Assembly (NCBI GenBank): GCA_964016885.1
Contig: OZ024740.1
Span: 29,636,001 to 29,700,000 of the forward strand
DNA: 64,000 bases
Direction: 5' to 3'
DNA from: Eledone cirrhosa
Taxonomy: Eukaryota
The position numbers were made by a program, and so were the translations under genes. The number at the start of each line of letters is the position of its first letter. The stretch's first letter is position 1. This document shows, piece by piece, positions 1-16,100 of the stretch. The notes under the pieces are model-generated. The model worked only from the letters and a program-made list of their open reading frames with translations, was not told the origin of the DNA and did not search any database.

Positions 1-2599
1 GCCCAAACCTCTGCCTTAGTGTCCCTGTAACATAGTACAGACAGACAAAACTCCGCCTTAGGGTTCCTGTGACATAGTACAGACACAGCCCAAAACTCTG
101 CCTTAGTGTCCCTATGACATAGTACAGACACAGCCCAAACCTCTGCCTTAGTGTCCTTGTGACATAGTACAGACACAGCCCAAACCTCTGCCTTAGTGTC
201 CCTGTGACATAGTACAGACAGCCCAAAACTCCGGCTTAGGGTTCCTGTGACATAGTACAGACACAGCCCAAAACTCTGCCTTAGTGTCCCTATGACATAG
301 TACAGACACAGCCCAAACCACTGCCTTAGGTTCGCTGTGTCATAGTACAGACACAGCCCAAACCTCTTCCATAGGGTCCCTGTGACATAGTACAGACACA
401 GACCAAAACTCTGCCTTAGGGTCCCTGTGACATAGTACAGACACAACCCAAAACTCTGCATTAGTGTCCCTGTCACATATTACAAATACAGACCAAACCT
501 CTGCCCTAGTGTCCCTGTGACATAGTACAGACACATCCCAAAACTCTGCCTTAGTGTCCCTGTCACATAATACAGACACAGCCCAAACCTCTGCCATAGT
601 GTCCCTGTCACTTCGTACAGACACAGCCCAAACATCTGCCTTAGGTTCCATGTGACATAGTACAGACACGGCCTAAAACTCCGCCTTAGTGTCCCTGTGA
701 ATTAGTACCGACACAGCCCAAACCTCTGCTTAGGCTCCCTGTGACATAGTACATACACAGCCCAAACCTCTCCCTTAGGGGGCGTGTGACATAGTACAGA
801 CACAGCCCAATCCTCTGCTTTAGGGTCTCTATGACATAGTACAGACACATCCCAAACCTCCGCCTTAGTGTCCCTGTGACTTAGTACCGACACAGCCCAA
901 AACTCTACCTTAGTGTCCGTGTGACATAGTACAGACACGGCCCAAAACCCTGCCTTAGGGTCCCTGTGACATTGTACAGACACTGCCCAAAAACTCTGCC
1001 TTAGAATCCCTGTGAAATAGTACAGACACAGCCCAAAACTCTGCCTTAGTGTCCCTGTGACATAGTACAGACACAGCCCAAACCTCTGCCTTAGGGTCCC
1101 TCTGATATATTACAGACACAGCCCAAACTCTGCCTTAGGGTCCCTGTGATTTAGTACAGACACAGCCCAATCCACTGCCTTAGGGTCCCTGTGAATAAGT
1201 ACAGACAGAGCCCAAACCTGTGCCTTAGAGACACATCCTCTTACAAACCTCTGACATATTAGAGACACAGCCCAAAACTCTGACTTAGGGTCCCTGTGAC
1301 ATAGTACAGACACAGCCCAAACCTCTGCCGTAGGGTCTTCCTGTAGCATAGTACAGACACAGCCTAAACCTCTGCCTTAGGGTCCCTGTGACATAGTACA
1401 GACACAGACCAAAACTCTGCCTTAGGGTCCCTGTGACATAGTACAGACACAGCCTAAACATCTGCCTTAGGTTCCCTGTGATTAGTACAGACACAGCCCA
1501 AACCTCTGCCTTAGTGTCCCTGTGACATAGTACAGACAGACAAAACTCCGCCTTAGGGTTCCTGTGACATAGTACAGACACAGCCCAAAACTCTGCCTCA
1601 GTGTCCCTATGACATAGTACAGACAGCCTAAACCTCTGCCTTATGGTCCCTGTCATATAGTACAGACACAGCCCAAACCACTGCCTTAGGGTCCCTGTGT
1701 CATAGTACAGACACAGCCCAAAACTGTGCCTTAGTGTCCCTGTGACATAGTAAGGACACAGCCCAAACATCTGCCTTAGGTTCCCTCTGACATAGTACAG
1801 ACACAGCCCAAAACTCTGTCTTAGGGTCCCTGTGACATATTACAGATACAGAACAAACCTCTGCCCTAGTGTCCCTGTCACATTGTACAGACACAGCCCA
1901 AAACTCTGCCTTAGTGTCCCTGTCACATAATACAGACACAGCCCAAACCTCTGCCAATGTGTCCCTGTCACATTGTACAGACACAGCCCAAACCTCTGCC
2001 TTAGTGTCCCTGTGACATAGTACAGACACAGCCCAAACCTCTGCCTTAGGGTCCCTCTGATATATTACAGACACAGCCAAAACTCTGCCTTAGGGTCCCC
2101 GTGATTTTGTACAGATACAGCCCAATCCACTGCCTTAGGGTCCCTGTGAATAGGTACAGACACAGCACAAACCTGTGCCTTAGAGACACAGCCTCTGACA
2201 AACCTCTGACATATTAGAGACACAGCCCAAAACTCTGGCTTACGGTCCCTGTGACATAGTACAGACACAGCCCAAACCTCTGCCTAGTGTCCCTGTGACA
2301 TAGTACAGACAGCCCAAAACTCCGCCTTAGGGTTCCTGTGACATAGTACAGACACAGCCCAAAACTCTGCCTTAGTGTCCCTATGAAATAGTACAGACAC
2401 AGCCCAAACCACTGCCTTAGGGTCCCTGTTTCATAGGACAGACACAGCCCAAACCTCTGCCTTAGGGTCTCTGTGACATAGTACAGACACAGACCAAAAC
2501 TCTGCCTTAGGGTCCCTGTGACATAGTACAGATACAGCCTAAACATCTGCCTTAGGTTCCCTGTGACTTAGTACAGACACAGCCCAAACCTCTGCCTTA

Positions 2600-5500
2600 G
2601 TGTCCCTGTAACATAGTACAGACAGACAAAACTCCGCCTTAGGGTTCCTGTGACATAGTACAGACACAGCCCAAAACTCTGCCTTAGTGTCCCTATGACA
2701 TAGTACAGACACAGCCCAAACCACTGCCTTAGGGTCCCTGTGTCATAGTACAGACACAGCCCAAACCTCTGCCTTAGGGTCCCTGTAACATAGTACAGAC
2801 ACAGCCTAAACATCTGCCTTAGGTTCCCTCTGACATAGTACAGACACAGCCTAAAACTCTGCCTTAGGGTCCCTGTGACATAGTACAGACACAGCCCAAA
2901 CATCTGCATTAGGTTCCCTCTGACATAGTACAGACACAGCCCAAAACTCTGCCTTAGGGTCCCTGTCACATAGTACATACACAGCCCAAACCTCTGCCAT
3001 AGTGTCCCTGTCACATTGTACAGACACAACCCAAACATCTGTCTTAGGTTCCATGTGACATAGTACAGACACGGCCCAAAACTCTGCCTTAGGGTCCCTG
3101 TGACTTAGTACCGACACAGCCCAAACCTCTGCTTAGGGTCCCTGTGACATAGTACAGACACATCCCAAACCTCGGCATTAGGGTCCCTGTGACATAGTAC
3201 AGACACAGCCTAAACATCTGCCTTAGGGATACTGTGACATAGTACAGACACAGCCCAAAACTCTGACTTAGTGTACATGTGACATAGTACAGACACAGCC
3301 TAAACATCTGCCTTAGGTTCCCTGTGACTTAGTACAGACACAGCCCAAACCTCTGCCTTAGGGTCCCTGTGACATAGTACAGACACAGCCAAAACCTCTG
3401 CCTTAGGGTCCCTGTGACATAGTACAGACACAGACCAAACCTCTGCCTTATTGTCCCTGTGACATAGTACAGACACAGCCCAAACCTCTGCCTTAGTGTC
3501 CCTGTGACATAGTACAGACAGCCCAAAACTCCGGCTTAGTGTTCCTGTGACATAGTCCAGACACAGCCCAAAACTTTGCCTTAGTGTCCCTAGGACATAG
3601 TACAGACACAGCCCAAACCACTGCCTTAGGGTCCCTGTGTCATAGTACAGACACAGCCCAAACCTCTGCCTTAGTGTCCCTGTGACATAGTACAGACACA
3701 GACCAAAACTCTGCCTTAGGGTCCCTGTGACATAGTACAGACACAGACCAAAACTCTGCCTTAGGGTCCCTGTGACATAGTACAGACACAGCCCAAACCT
3801 CTGCCTTAGTGTCCCTGTGACATAGTACAGACAGCCTAAACCTCTGCCTTATGTTCCCTGTCATATAGTACAGACACAGCCCAAACCACTGCCTTAGGTT
3901 CCCTGTGTCATAGTACATACACAGCCCAAAACTGTGCCTTAGTGTCCCTGTGACATAGTAAGGACACAGCCCAAACATCTGCCTTATGTTCCATCTGACA
4001 TAGTACAGACACAGCCTAAACATCTGCCTTAGGGTCCCTGTGACATAGTACAGACACAGACCAAACCTCTGACTTAGTGTCCCTGTGACATAGTACAGAC
4101 AGCCTAAACCTCTGCCTTATGGTCCCTGTCATATAGTACAGACACAGCCCAAACCACTGCCTTAGGGTCCCTGTGTCATAGTACAGACACAGCCCAAAAC
4201 TGTGCCTTAGTGTCCCTGTGACATAGTAAGGACACAGCCCAAACATCTGCCTTAGGTTCCCTCTGACATAGTACAGACACAGCCCAAAACTCTGCCTTAG
4301 GGTCCCTGTGACATAGTACAGACACAACCCAAAACTCTGCCTTAGGGTCCCCGTGATTTTGTACAGATACAGCCCAATCCACTGCCTTAGGGTCCCTGTG
4401 AATAGGTACAGACACAGCAGAAACCTGTGCCTTAGAGACACAGCCTCTGACAAACCTCTGACATATTAGAGACACAGCCCAAAACTCTGGCTTACGGTCC
4501 CTGTGACATAGTACAGACACAGCCCAAACCTCTGCCTTAGTGTCCCTGTGACATAGTACAGACAGCCCAAAACTCCGCCTTAGGGTTCCTGTGACATAGT
4601 ACAGACACAGCCCAAAACTCTGCCTTAGTGTCCCTATGACATAGTACAGACACAGCCCAAACCACTGCCTTAGGGTCCCTGTGTCATAGTACAGACACAG
4701 CCCAAACCTCTGCCTTAGGGTCCCTGTAACATAGTACAGACACAGCCTAAACATCTGCCTTAGGTTCCCTCTGACATAGTACAGACATAGCCTAAAACTC
4801 TGCCTTAGGGTCCCTGTGACATAGTACAGACACAGCCCAAACATCTGCATTAGGTTCCCTCTGACATAGTACAGACACAGCCCAAAACTCTGCCTTAGGG
4901 TCCCTGTCACATAGTACATACACAGCCCAAACCTCTGCCATAGTGTCCCTGTCACATTGTACAGACACAACCCAAACATCTGTCTTAGGTTCCATGTGAC
5001 ATAGTACGGACACGGCCCAAAACTCTGCCTTAGGGTCCCTGTGACTTAGTACCGACACAGCCCAAACCTCTGCTTAGGGTCCCTGTGACATAGTACAGAC
5101 ACATCCCAAACCTCGGCATTAGGGTCCGTGTGACATAGTACAGACACAGCCCAAACCTCTGCCTTAGTGTCCCTGTGACATAGTACAAACACAGCCTAAA
5201 CATCTGCCTTAGGGATACTGTGACATAGTACAGACACAGCCCAAAACTCTGACTTAGTGTACATGTGACATAGTACAGACACAGCCTAAACATCTGCCTT
5301 AGGTTCCCTGTGACTTAGTACAGACACAGCCCAAACCTCTGCCTTAGGGTCCCTGTGACATAGTACAGACACAGACCAAACCTCTGCCTTATTGTCCCTG
5401 TGACATAGTACAGACACAGCCCAAACCTCTGCCTTAGTGTCCCTGTGACATAGTACAGACAGCCCAAAACTCCGGCTTAGTGTTCCTGTGACATAGTCCA

Positions 5501-6280
5501 GACACAGCCCAAAACTTTGCCTTAGTGTCCCTAGGACATAGTACAGACACAGCCCAAACCACTGCCTTAGGGTCCCTGTGTCATAGTACAGACACAGCCC
5601 AAACCTCTGCCTTAGTGTCCCTGTGACATAGTACAGACACAGACCAAAACTCTGCCTTAGGGTCCCTGTGACATAGTACAGACACAGACCAAAACTCTGC
5701 CTTAGGGTCCCTGTGACATAGTACAGACACAGCCCAAACCTCTGCCTTAGTGTCCCTGTGACATAGTACAGACAGCCTAAACCTCTGCCTTATGTTCCCT
5801 GTCATATAGTACAGACACAGCCCAAACCACTGCCTTAGGTTCCCTGTGTCATAGTACATACACAGCCCAAAACTGTGCCTTAGTGTCCCTGTGACATAGT
5901 AAGGACACAGCCCAAACATCTGCCTTATGTTCCATCTGACATAGTACAGACACAGCCTAAACATCTGCCTTAGGGTCCCTGTGACATAGTACAGACACAG
6001 ACCAAACCTCTGACTTAGTGTCCCTGTGACATAGAACAGACAGCCTAAACCTCTGCCTTATGGTCCCTGTCATATAGTACAGACACAGCCCAAACCACTG
6101 CCTTAGGGTCCCTGTGTCATAGTACAGACACAGCCCAAAACTGTGCCTTAGTGTCCCTGTGACATAGTAAGGACACAGCCCAAACATCTGCCTTAGGTTC
6201 CCTCTGACATAGTACAGACACAGCCCAAAACTCTGCCTTAGGGTCCCTGTGACATAGTACAGACACAACCCAAAACTCTG
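2600..6280. repeat. Higher-order duplication within the satellite, period about 1941 bp (about 43 monomers)
   Basis: Identical variant ORFs recur at +1941 (2851->4792, 3640->5581, 4016->5957). Confidence 0.85.
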
Positions 6281-6769
6281 CATTAGGGTCCCTGTCACAT
6301 ATTACAGATACAGAACAAACCTCTGCCCTAGTGTCCCTGTGACATAGTACAGACACATCCCAAAACTCTGCCTTAGTGTCCCTGTCACATAATACAGACA
6401 CAGCCCAAACCTCTGCCATCGTGTCCCTGTCACATTGTACAGACACAGCCCAAACCTCTGCCTTAGTGTCCCTATGACATAGTACAGTCATAGCCCAAAA
6501 CTCTGCCTGAGGGTCCCTGTGACATAGGAGAGACACAACCCAAAACTCTGCATTAGGGCCCCTGTCACATATTACAGATACAGACCAAACCTCTGCCCTA
6601 GGGTCCCTGTGACATCGTACAGACACATCCCAAAACTCTGCCTTAGTGTCCCTGTCACATAATACAGACACAGCCCAAACCTCTGCCATAGTGTCCCAGT
6701 CACATTGTACAGACACAGCCCAAACATCTGCCTTAGGTTCCATGTGACATAGTATAGACACGGCCCAAA

Positions 6770-9700
6770 ACTCAGCCTTAGGGTCCCTGTGACATAGTAC
6801 AGACACAGCGCAAAACTCCGCCTTAGTGTCCCTGTGAATTAGTACCGACACAGCCCAAACCTCTGCTTAGGGACCCTGTAACATAGTACAGACACATCCC
6901 AAACCTCTGCCTTAGGGTCCCTGTGACATAGTACATACACAGCCCAAACCTCTCCCTTAGGGGCCGTGTGACATAGTACAGACACAGCCCAATCCTCTGC
7001 TTTAGTGTCGCTATGACATAGTACAGACACAGCCCAAACCTCTGCCTTAGGGTCCCTCTGATATATTACAGACACAGCCCAATCTCTGCCTTAGGGTCCC
7101 TGTGATTTAGTACAGAGAGCCAAATCCACTGCCTTAGGGTCCCTGTGAATATGTACAGACATAGCCCAAACCTGTGCCTTAGAGACACAGCCTCTGACAA
7201 ACCTCTGACATATTAGAGACACAGCCCAAAACTCTGACTTAGGGTCCCTGTGACATAGTACAGACACAGCCCAAACCTCTGTCTTAGTTTCCCTGTGACA
7301 TAGTACAGACATCCCAAAACTCCGCCTTAGGGTCCCTGTGACATAGTACAGACACAGCCCAAAACTCTGCCTTAGTGTCCCTATGATATAGTACAGACAC
7401 AGCCCAAACCTCTGCCTAAGGGTCTTCCTGTAACATGGTACAGACACAGCCTAAACATCTGCTTTAGGCTCCCTGTGACATAGTACAGACACAGAAGAAA
7501 ACTCTGCCTTAGGGTCCCTGTGACATAGTACAGACACAGCCCAAACCACTGCCTTAGGGTCCCTGTGTCATAGTACAGACACAGCCCAAACCTCTGCCTT
7601 AGGGTCTTCCTGTAACATAGTACAGACACAGCCTAAACATCTGCCTTAGGGTCCCTGTGACATAGTACAGACACAGAACAAAACTCTGCCTTAGGGTCCC
7701 TGTGACATAGTACAGACACAGCCCAAACCTCTGCCTTAGTGTCCCTGTGACATAGTACAGACAGCCTAAACCTCTGCCTTATGGTCCCTGTCATATAGTA
7801 CAGACACAGCCCAAACCACTGCCTTAGGGTCCCTGTGTCATAGTACAGACACAGCCCAAAACTGTGCCTTAGTGTCCCTGTGACATAGTACAGACACAGT
7901 CCAAACATCTGCCTTAGGTTCCCTCTGACATAGTACAAACAGCCCAAAACTCCGCCTTAGGGTCCCTGTGACATAGTACAGACACAGCGCAAAACTCCGC
8001 CTTAGTGTCCCTGTGAATTAGTACCGACACAGCCCAAACCTCTGCTTAGGGACCCTGTAACATAGTACAGACACATCCCAAACCTCTGCCTTAGGGTCCC
8101 TGTGACATAGTACATACACAGCCCAAACCTCTCCCTTAGGGGCCGTGTGACATAGTACAGACACAGCCCAATCCTCTGCTTTAGTGTCGCTATGACATAG
8201 TACAGACACAGCCCAAACCTCTGCCTTAGGGTCCCTCTGATATATTACAGACACAGCCCAATCTCTGCCTTAGGGTCCCTGTGATTTAGTACAGAGAGCC
8301 CAATCCACTGCCTTAGGGTCCCTGTGAATATGTACAGACACAGCCCAAACCTGTGCCTTAGAGACACAGCCTCTGACAAACCTCTGACATATTAGAGACA
8401 CAGCCCAAAACTCTGACTTAGGGTCCCTGTGACATAGTACAGACACAGCCCAAACCTCTGTCTTAGTTTCCCTGTGACATAGTACAGACAGCCCAAAACT
8501 CCGCCTTAGGGTCCCTGTGACATAGTACAGACACAGCCCAAAACTCTGCCTTAGTGTCCCTATGACATAGTACAGACACAGCCCAAACCTCTGCCTAAGG
8601 GTCTTCCTGTAACATGGTACAGACACAGCCTAAACATCTGCTTTAGGGTCCCTGTGACATAGTACAGACACAGAAGAAAACTCTGCCTTAGGGTCCCTGT
8701 CACATAGTACAGACACAGCCCAAACCACTGCCTTAGGGTCCCTGTGTCATAGTACAGACACAGCCCAAACCTCTGCCTTAGGGTCTTCCTGTAACATAGT
8801 ACAGACACAGCCTAAACATCTGCCTTAGGGTCCCTGTGACATAGTACAGACACAGAACAAAACTCTGCCTTAGGGTCCCTGTGACATAGTACAGACACAG
8901 CCCAAACCTCTGCCTTAGTGTCCCTGTGACATAGTACAGACAGCCTAAACCTCTGCCTTATGGTCCCTGTCATATAGTACAGACACAGCCCAAACCACTG
9001 CCTTAGGGTCCCTGTGTCATAGTACAGACACAGCCCAAAACTGTGCCTTAGTGTCCCTGTGACATAGTACAGACACAGTCCAAACATCTGCCTTAGGTTC
9101 CCTCTGACATAGTACAAACAGCCCAAAACTCCGCCTTAGGGTCACTGTGACATAGTACAGACACAGCGCAAAACTCCGCCTTAGTGTCCCTGTGAATTAG
9201 TACCGACACAGCCCAAACCTCTGCTTAGGGACCCTGTAACATAGTACAGACACATCCCAAACCTCTGCCTTAGGGGCCCTGTGACATAGTACATACACAG
9301 CCCAAACCTCTCCCTTAGGGGCCGTGTGACATAGTAAAGACACAGCCCAATCCTCTGCTTTAGTGTCGCTATGACATAGTACAGACACAGCCCAAACCTC
9401 TGCCTTAGGGTCCCTCTGATATATTACAGACACAGCCCAATCTCTGCCTTAGGGTCCCTGTTATTTAGTACAGAGAGCCCAATCCACTGCCTTAGGGTCC
9501 CTGTGAATATGTACAGACACAGCCCAAACCTGTGCCTTAGAGACACAGCCTCTGACAAACCTCTGACATATTAGAGACACAGCCCAAAACTCTGACTTAG
9601 GGTCCCTGTGACATAGTACAGACACAGCCCAAACCTCTGTCTTAGTTTCCCTGTGACATAGTACAGACAGCCAAAACTCCGCCTTAGGGTCCCTGTGACA

Positions 9701-10340
9701 TAGTACAGACACAGCCCAAAACTCTGCCTTAGTGTCCCTATGACATAGTACAGACACAGCCCAAACCTCTGCCTAAGGGTCTTCCTGTAACATAGTACAG
9801 ACACAGCCTAAACATCTGCTTTAGGGTCCCTGTGACATAGTACAGACACAGAAGAAAACTCTGCCTTAGGGTCCCTGTGACATAGTACAGACACAGCCCA
9901 AACCACTGCCTTAGGGTCCCTGTGTCATAGTACAGACACAGCCCAAACCTCTGCCTTAGGGTCTTCCTGTAACATAGTACAGACACAGCCTAAACATCTG
10001 CCTTAGGGTCCCTGTGACATAGTACAGACACAGAACAAAACTCTGCCTTAGGGTCCCTGTGACATAGTACAGACACAGCCCAAACCTCTGCCTTAGTGTC
10101 CCTGTGACATAGTACAGACAGCCTAAACCTCTGCCTTATGGTCCCTGTCATATAGTACAGACACAGCCCAAACCACTGCCTTAGGGTCCCTGTGTCATAG
10201 TACAGACACAGCCCAAAACTGTGCCTTAGTGTCCCTGTGACATAGTACAGACACAGCCCAAACATCTGCCTTAGGTTCCCTCTGACATAGTACAAACAGC
10301 CCAAAACTCCGCCTTAGGGTCCCTGTGACATAGTACAGAC
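6770..10340. repeat. Higher-order repeat, three copies of about 1179 bp (about 26 monomers)
   Basis: Variant ORFs recur at 6839/8018/9197 and 7633/8812/9990. A diagnostic GGGTCTTCCTGTAAC monomer occurs in each copy. Confidence 0.9.
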
Positions 10341-13109
10341 ACAGCCCAAAACTCTGCATTAGGGTCCCTGTCACATATTACAGATACAGACCAAACCTCT
10401 GCTCTAGTGTCCCTGTCACATTGTACAGACACAACCCAAACCTCTGCCTTAGTGTCCCTGTCACACAGTACAGACACAGCCCAAAACACCGGCTTAGGGT
10501 TCCTGTGACATAGTACAGACACGGCCCAAAACTCTGCCTTAGGTTCCCTGTGACATAGTACAGACACAGCCCAAACCTCTGCCTTAGGGTCCCTGTGACA
10601 TAGTACAGACACAGTCCAAAACTCCGCCTTAGTGTCCCTGTGACTTAGTACCGACACAGCCAAAACCTCTGCCTTAGGGTCCCTGTGAATTAGTACAGAC
10701 ACAGCACAAACCTCTGCTTTAGTGTCCCTGTGACATAGTACAAACACAGCCCAAACCTCTACATTAGGGTCCCTGTGACATAGTACAGACACAGCCCAAA
10801 CCTCTGCCTTAGGGTCCCTGTGACATAGTACAGACACAGCCCAAACCACTGCCTTAGGGTCCCTGTGACATAGTACAGACACAGCCCAAACCTCTGCCTT
10901 AGTGTCCCTGTCACATAGTACAGACACAGCCCAAAACTCTGCTTAGGGTCCCTGTCACATAGTACAGACACAGCCCAAACCTCTGCCTTAGGGTCCCTGT
11001 GATATAGTACAGACACAGCCCAAACCACTGCCTTAGGTTCGCTGTGTCATAGTACAGACACAGCCCAAACTTCTGCCAGAGGGTATCTGTGACATAGTAC
11101 AGACAGACCAAAACTCTGCCTTATGGTCCCTGTCATATAGTACAGACACAGCCCAAACCACTGCCTTAGGGTCCCTGTGTCATAGTACAGACACGGCCCA
11201 AAACTCTGCCTTAGGGTCCCTGTGACATAGTACAGACACAGCCCAAACATCTGCCTTAGGTTCCCTCTGACATAGTATAGACACAGCCAAAAACTCTGCC
11301 TTAGGGTCCCTGTGACATAGTACAGACACAGCCCAAAACTCTGCATTAGGGTCCCTGTCACATATTACAGATACAGACCAGACCTCTGCCCTAGAGTCCC
11401 TGTGACATAGTACAGACACATCCCAAACCTCTGCCTTAGGGTCCCTGTCACATAGTACAGACACAGACCAAACCTCTGCCATAGTGTCCCTGTCACATTG
11501 TACAGACACAACCCAAACTTCTGCCTTAGGTTCCATGTGACATAGTACAGACAAGGCCCAAAACTATGCCTTAGGGTCCCTGTGACTTAGTACCGACACA
11601 GCCCAAACCTCTGCTTAGGGTACCAGTGACATAGTACAGACACATCCGAAACCTCGGCATTAGGGTCCCTGTGACATAGTACAGACACAGCCCAAACCTC
11701 TGCCTTAGGGTCCGTGTGACATAGTACAGACACAGCCCAAACCTCTGCCTTAGTGTCCCTGTGACATGGTACAGACACATCCCAAACCTCTGCCTTAGGG
11801 TTCCTGTGAATTAGTACAGACACAGCACAAACCTCTGCCTTAGTGTCTCTGTGACATAGTACAAACACAGCCCAAACCTCTGCCTTAGGGATACTGTGAC
11901 ATAGTACAGACACAGCCGAAAACTCTGCCTTAGTGTCCATGTGACATAGTACAGACACAGCCTAAACATCTGCCTTAGGTTCCCTGTGACTTAGTACAGA
12001 CACAGCCCAAACCTCTGCCTTAGGGTCCCTGTGACATAGTACAGACACAGCCAAAACCAGTGCCTTAGTGTCCCTGTGACATAGTACAGACACAGCCCAA
12101 ACCTCTGCCTTAGTGTCCCTATGACATAGTACAGACAGCCCAAAACTCCGGCTTAGGGTTCCTGTGACATAGTAAAGACACAGCCCAAAACTCTGCCTTA
12201 GGGTCCCTGTGACATAGTACAGACACAACCCAAAACTCTGCCTTAGGGTCCCTGTGACATAGAACAGACACAGCCCAAACCACTGCCTTAGGGTCCCTGT
12301 GTCATAGTACAGACACAGCCCAAAACTCTGCCTTAGAGTCCCTGTGACATAGTACAGACACAGCCCAAAACTCTGCATTAGGGTCACTGTCACATATTAC
12401 AGACACAGCCCAAATCTCTGCCCTAGTGTCCCTATGACATAGTACAGACACAGCCCAAACCACTGCCTTAGGTTCGCTGTGTCATAGTACAGACACAGCC
12501 CAAACCTCTGCCATAGGGTCCCTGTGTCATAGTACAGACACAGACCAAAACTCTGCCTTAGGGTCCCTGTGACATAGTACAGACGCAGCCCAAACATCTG
12601 CCTTAGGTTCCCTCTGACATAGTACAGACACAGCCCAAAACTCTGCCTTAGGTTCCCTGTGACATAGTACAGACACAACCTAAAACTCCGCCTTAGTGTC
12701 CCTGTGAATTAGTACAGACACATCCCAAACCTCTGCCTTAGGGTCCCTGTCACATATTACAGATACAGACCAAACCTCTGCCCTAGTGTCCCTGTGACAT
12801 AGTACAGACACAGCCCAAACCTCTGCCATAGTGTCCCTGTCACATCGTACAAACACAGCCCAAACATCTGCCTTAGGTTCCATGTGACATAGAACAGACA
12901 CGGCCTAAAACTCCGCCTTAGTGTCCCTGTGAATTAGTACAGACACATCCCAAACCTCTGCCTTAGGGTCCCTGTGACATAGTACAGACACAGCCCAAAC
13001 CTCTGCCTTAGGGTCCCTGTGAATTAGTACAGACACAGCACAAACCTCTGCCTTAGTGTCCCTGTGACATAGTACAAACACAGCCCAGACCTCTGCCTTA
13101 GGGATACTG

Positions 13110-16100
13110 TGACATAGTACAGACACAGCCGAAAACTCTGCCTTAGTGTCCATGTGACATAGTACAGACACTGCCTAAACATCTGCCTTAGGTTCCCTGT
13201 GACTTAGTACAGACACGGCCCAAACATCTGCCTTAGGGTCCCTGTGACATAGTATAGACACAGCCCAAACCTCTGCCTTAGTGTCCCTATGACATAGTAC
13301 AGACAGCCCAAAACTCCGGCTTAGGTTTCCTGTGACATAGTACAGACGCAGCCCAAAACTCTGCCTTAGTGTCCCTATGACATAGTACAGACACAGCCCA
13401 AACCACTGCCTTAGGTTCGCTGTGTCATAGTTCAGACACAGCCCAAACCTCTTCCATAGGGTGCCTGTGACATAGTACAGACACAGACCAAAACTCTGCC
13501 TTAGGGTCCCTGAGACATAGTACAGACACAACCCAAAACTCTGCCTTATGGTTCCTGTCATATAGTACAGACACAGCCCAAACCACTGCCTTAGGGTCCC
13601 TGTGTCATAGTACAGACACAGCCCAAAACTCTGCCTTAGTTTCCCTGTGACATAGTACAGACACAGCCCAAACATCTGCCTTAGGTTCCCTCTGACATAG
13701 TACAGACACAGCCCAAAACTCTGCCTTAGGTTCCCTGTGACATAGTACAGACACAACCCAAAACTCTGCATTAGGGTCCCTGTCACATATTACAGATACA
13801 GACCAAACCTCTTCCCTAGTGTCCCTGTGACATAGTACAGACACATCCCAAAACTCTGCCTTAGTGTCCCTGTCACATAATACAGACACAGCCCAAACCT
13901 CTGCCATAGTGTCCCTGTCACTTCGTACAGACACAGCCCAAACATCTGCCTTAGGTTCCATGTGACATAGTACAGACACGGCCTAAAACTCCGCCTTAGT
14001 GTCCCTGTGAATTAGTACTGACACAGCCCAAACCTCTGCTTAGGGTCCCTGTGACATAGTACAGACACATCCCAAACCTCTGCCTTAGGGTCCCTGTGAC
14101 ATAGTACAGACACAGCCCAAACCTCTGCCATAGTGTCCCTGTCACATTGTACAGACACAACCCAAACATCTGCCTTAGGTTCCATGTGACATAGTACAGA
14201 CACAGCCTAAACATCTGCTTTAGGTTTCCTGTGACTTAGTACAGACACGGCCCAAACCTCTGCCTTAGGGTCCCTGTGACATAGTACAGACACAGCCCAA
14301 ACCTCTGCCTTAGGGTCCCTGTGACATAATACAGACACAGCCCAAACCTCTGCCTTAGTGTCCCTGTGAAATAGTACAGACACAGCCCAAACCTCTGCCT
14401 TAGTGTCCCTGTGATATAGTACGGACAGCCCAAAACTCTGCCTTAGTGTCCCTATGACATAATACAGACACAGCCCAAACCACTGCCTTAGGTTCGCTGT
14501 GTCATAGTATAGACACAGCCCAAACCTCTGCCATACTGTCCCTGTGACATAGTACAGACACAGACCAAAACTCTGCCTTAGGGTCCCTTTGTCATAGTAC
14601 AGACACAACCCAAAACTCTGCCTTATGGTCCCTGTCATATAGTACAGACACAGCCCAAAACTCTGCCTTAGTGTCCCTGTGACATAGTACAGACACAACC
14701 CAAACATCTGCCTTAGGTTCCATGTGACATAGTACAGACACAGCCTAAACATCTGCCTTAGGTTTCCTGTGACTTAGTACAGACACGGCCCAAACCTCTG
14801 CCTTAGTGTCCCTCTGATATATTAAAGACACAGCCCAAACCTCTGCCTTAGGGATACTGTGACATAGTACAGACACAGCCCAAACCTCTGCCTTAGGGTC
14901 CCTGTGAAATAGTACAGACACAGCACAAACCTCTGCCTTAGGGTCCCTGTCACATAGTACAGACACAGCCCAAACCTCCGCCTTAGGGATACTGTGACAT
15001 AGTACAGACACAGCCCAAACCTCTGCCTCAGGGACCCTGTGACATAGTACAGACACAGCCCAAACCACTGCCTTAGGGTCCCTGTGACATAGTACAGACA
15101 CAGCCCAAACCTCTGCCTTAGGGTCCCTGTGACATAGTACAGACACCGCCCAAAACTCTGCCTTAGTGTCCCTGTGACATGGTACAGACACAGCCCAAAC
15201 CTCTGCTTTAGGGTCCCTGTCACATAGTATATACACAGCCCAAACCTCTGTCTTAGTGTCTCTGTGACATAGTACAGACACAGCCCAAACCTCTGCCTTA
15301 GGCTCCCTGTGACTTACTACAGACACAGCCCAAACATCTGCCTTAGGTTCCCTGTGAGATGGTACAGACACAGCCCAAACCTCTGCCTTAGGTTCCCTCT
15401 GACATGGTACAGACACAGCCCAAACCACTGCCCTAGTGTCCCTGTGACATAGTACAGACACAGCCCAAACCACTGCCCTAGTGTCCCTGCGACATATTAC
15501 AGACACAGACCAAACCTCTGCCCTAGTCTCCCTGTGACATAGTACAGACACAGCCCAAACCTCTGCCTTAGGTTCCCTGTGACATAGTACAGACACAGCC
15601 CAAACATCTGCCTTAGGTTCCCTGTGACATAGTACAGACACAGCCCAAACCTCTGCCTTAGGTTCCCTGTAACATAGTACAGACACAGCCCAAAACTCTG
15701 CCTTAGGGTCCCTGTTACATAGTACAGACACAGCCCCAACCTCTGCCTTAATGTCCCTGTGACATAGTACAGACTCAGCCCAAACCTCTGCCTTAGGGTC
15801 ACTGTGATTTAGTACAGACACAGCCAAAAACTCTGCCTTAGTGTCCCTGTGACATAGTACAGACCCAGCCCAAACCTCTGCTTTATGGATACTGTGACAT
15901 AGTACAGACATAGCCCAAACCTCTGCCTTAGGTTCCCTGTGACATAGTACAGACACATCCCAAACCTCTGCCTTAGGCTCCCTGTGACATAGTACAGACA
16001 TAGCCCAAACCTCTGCCTTAGGTTCTCTGTCACATAGTACAGACTCAGCCCAAACCTCTGCTGTAGGGTCCCTGTGACATAGTAAAGACACAGCCCAAAC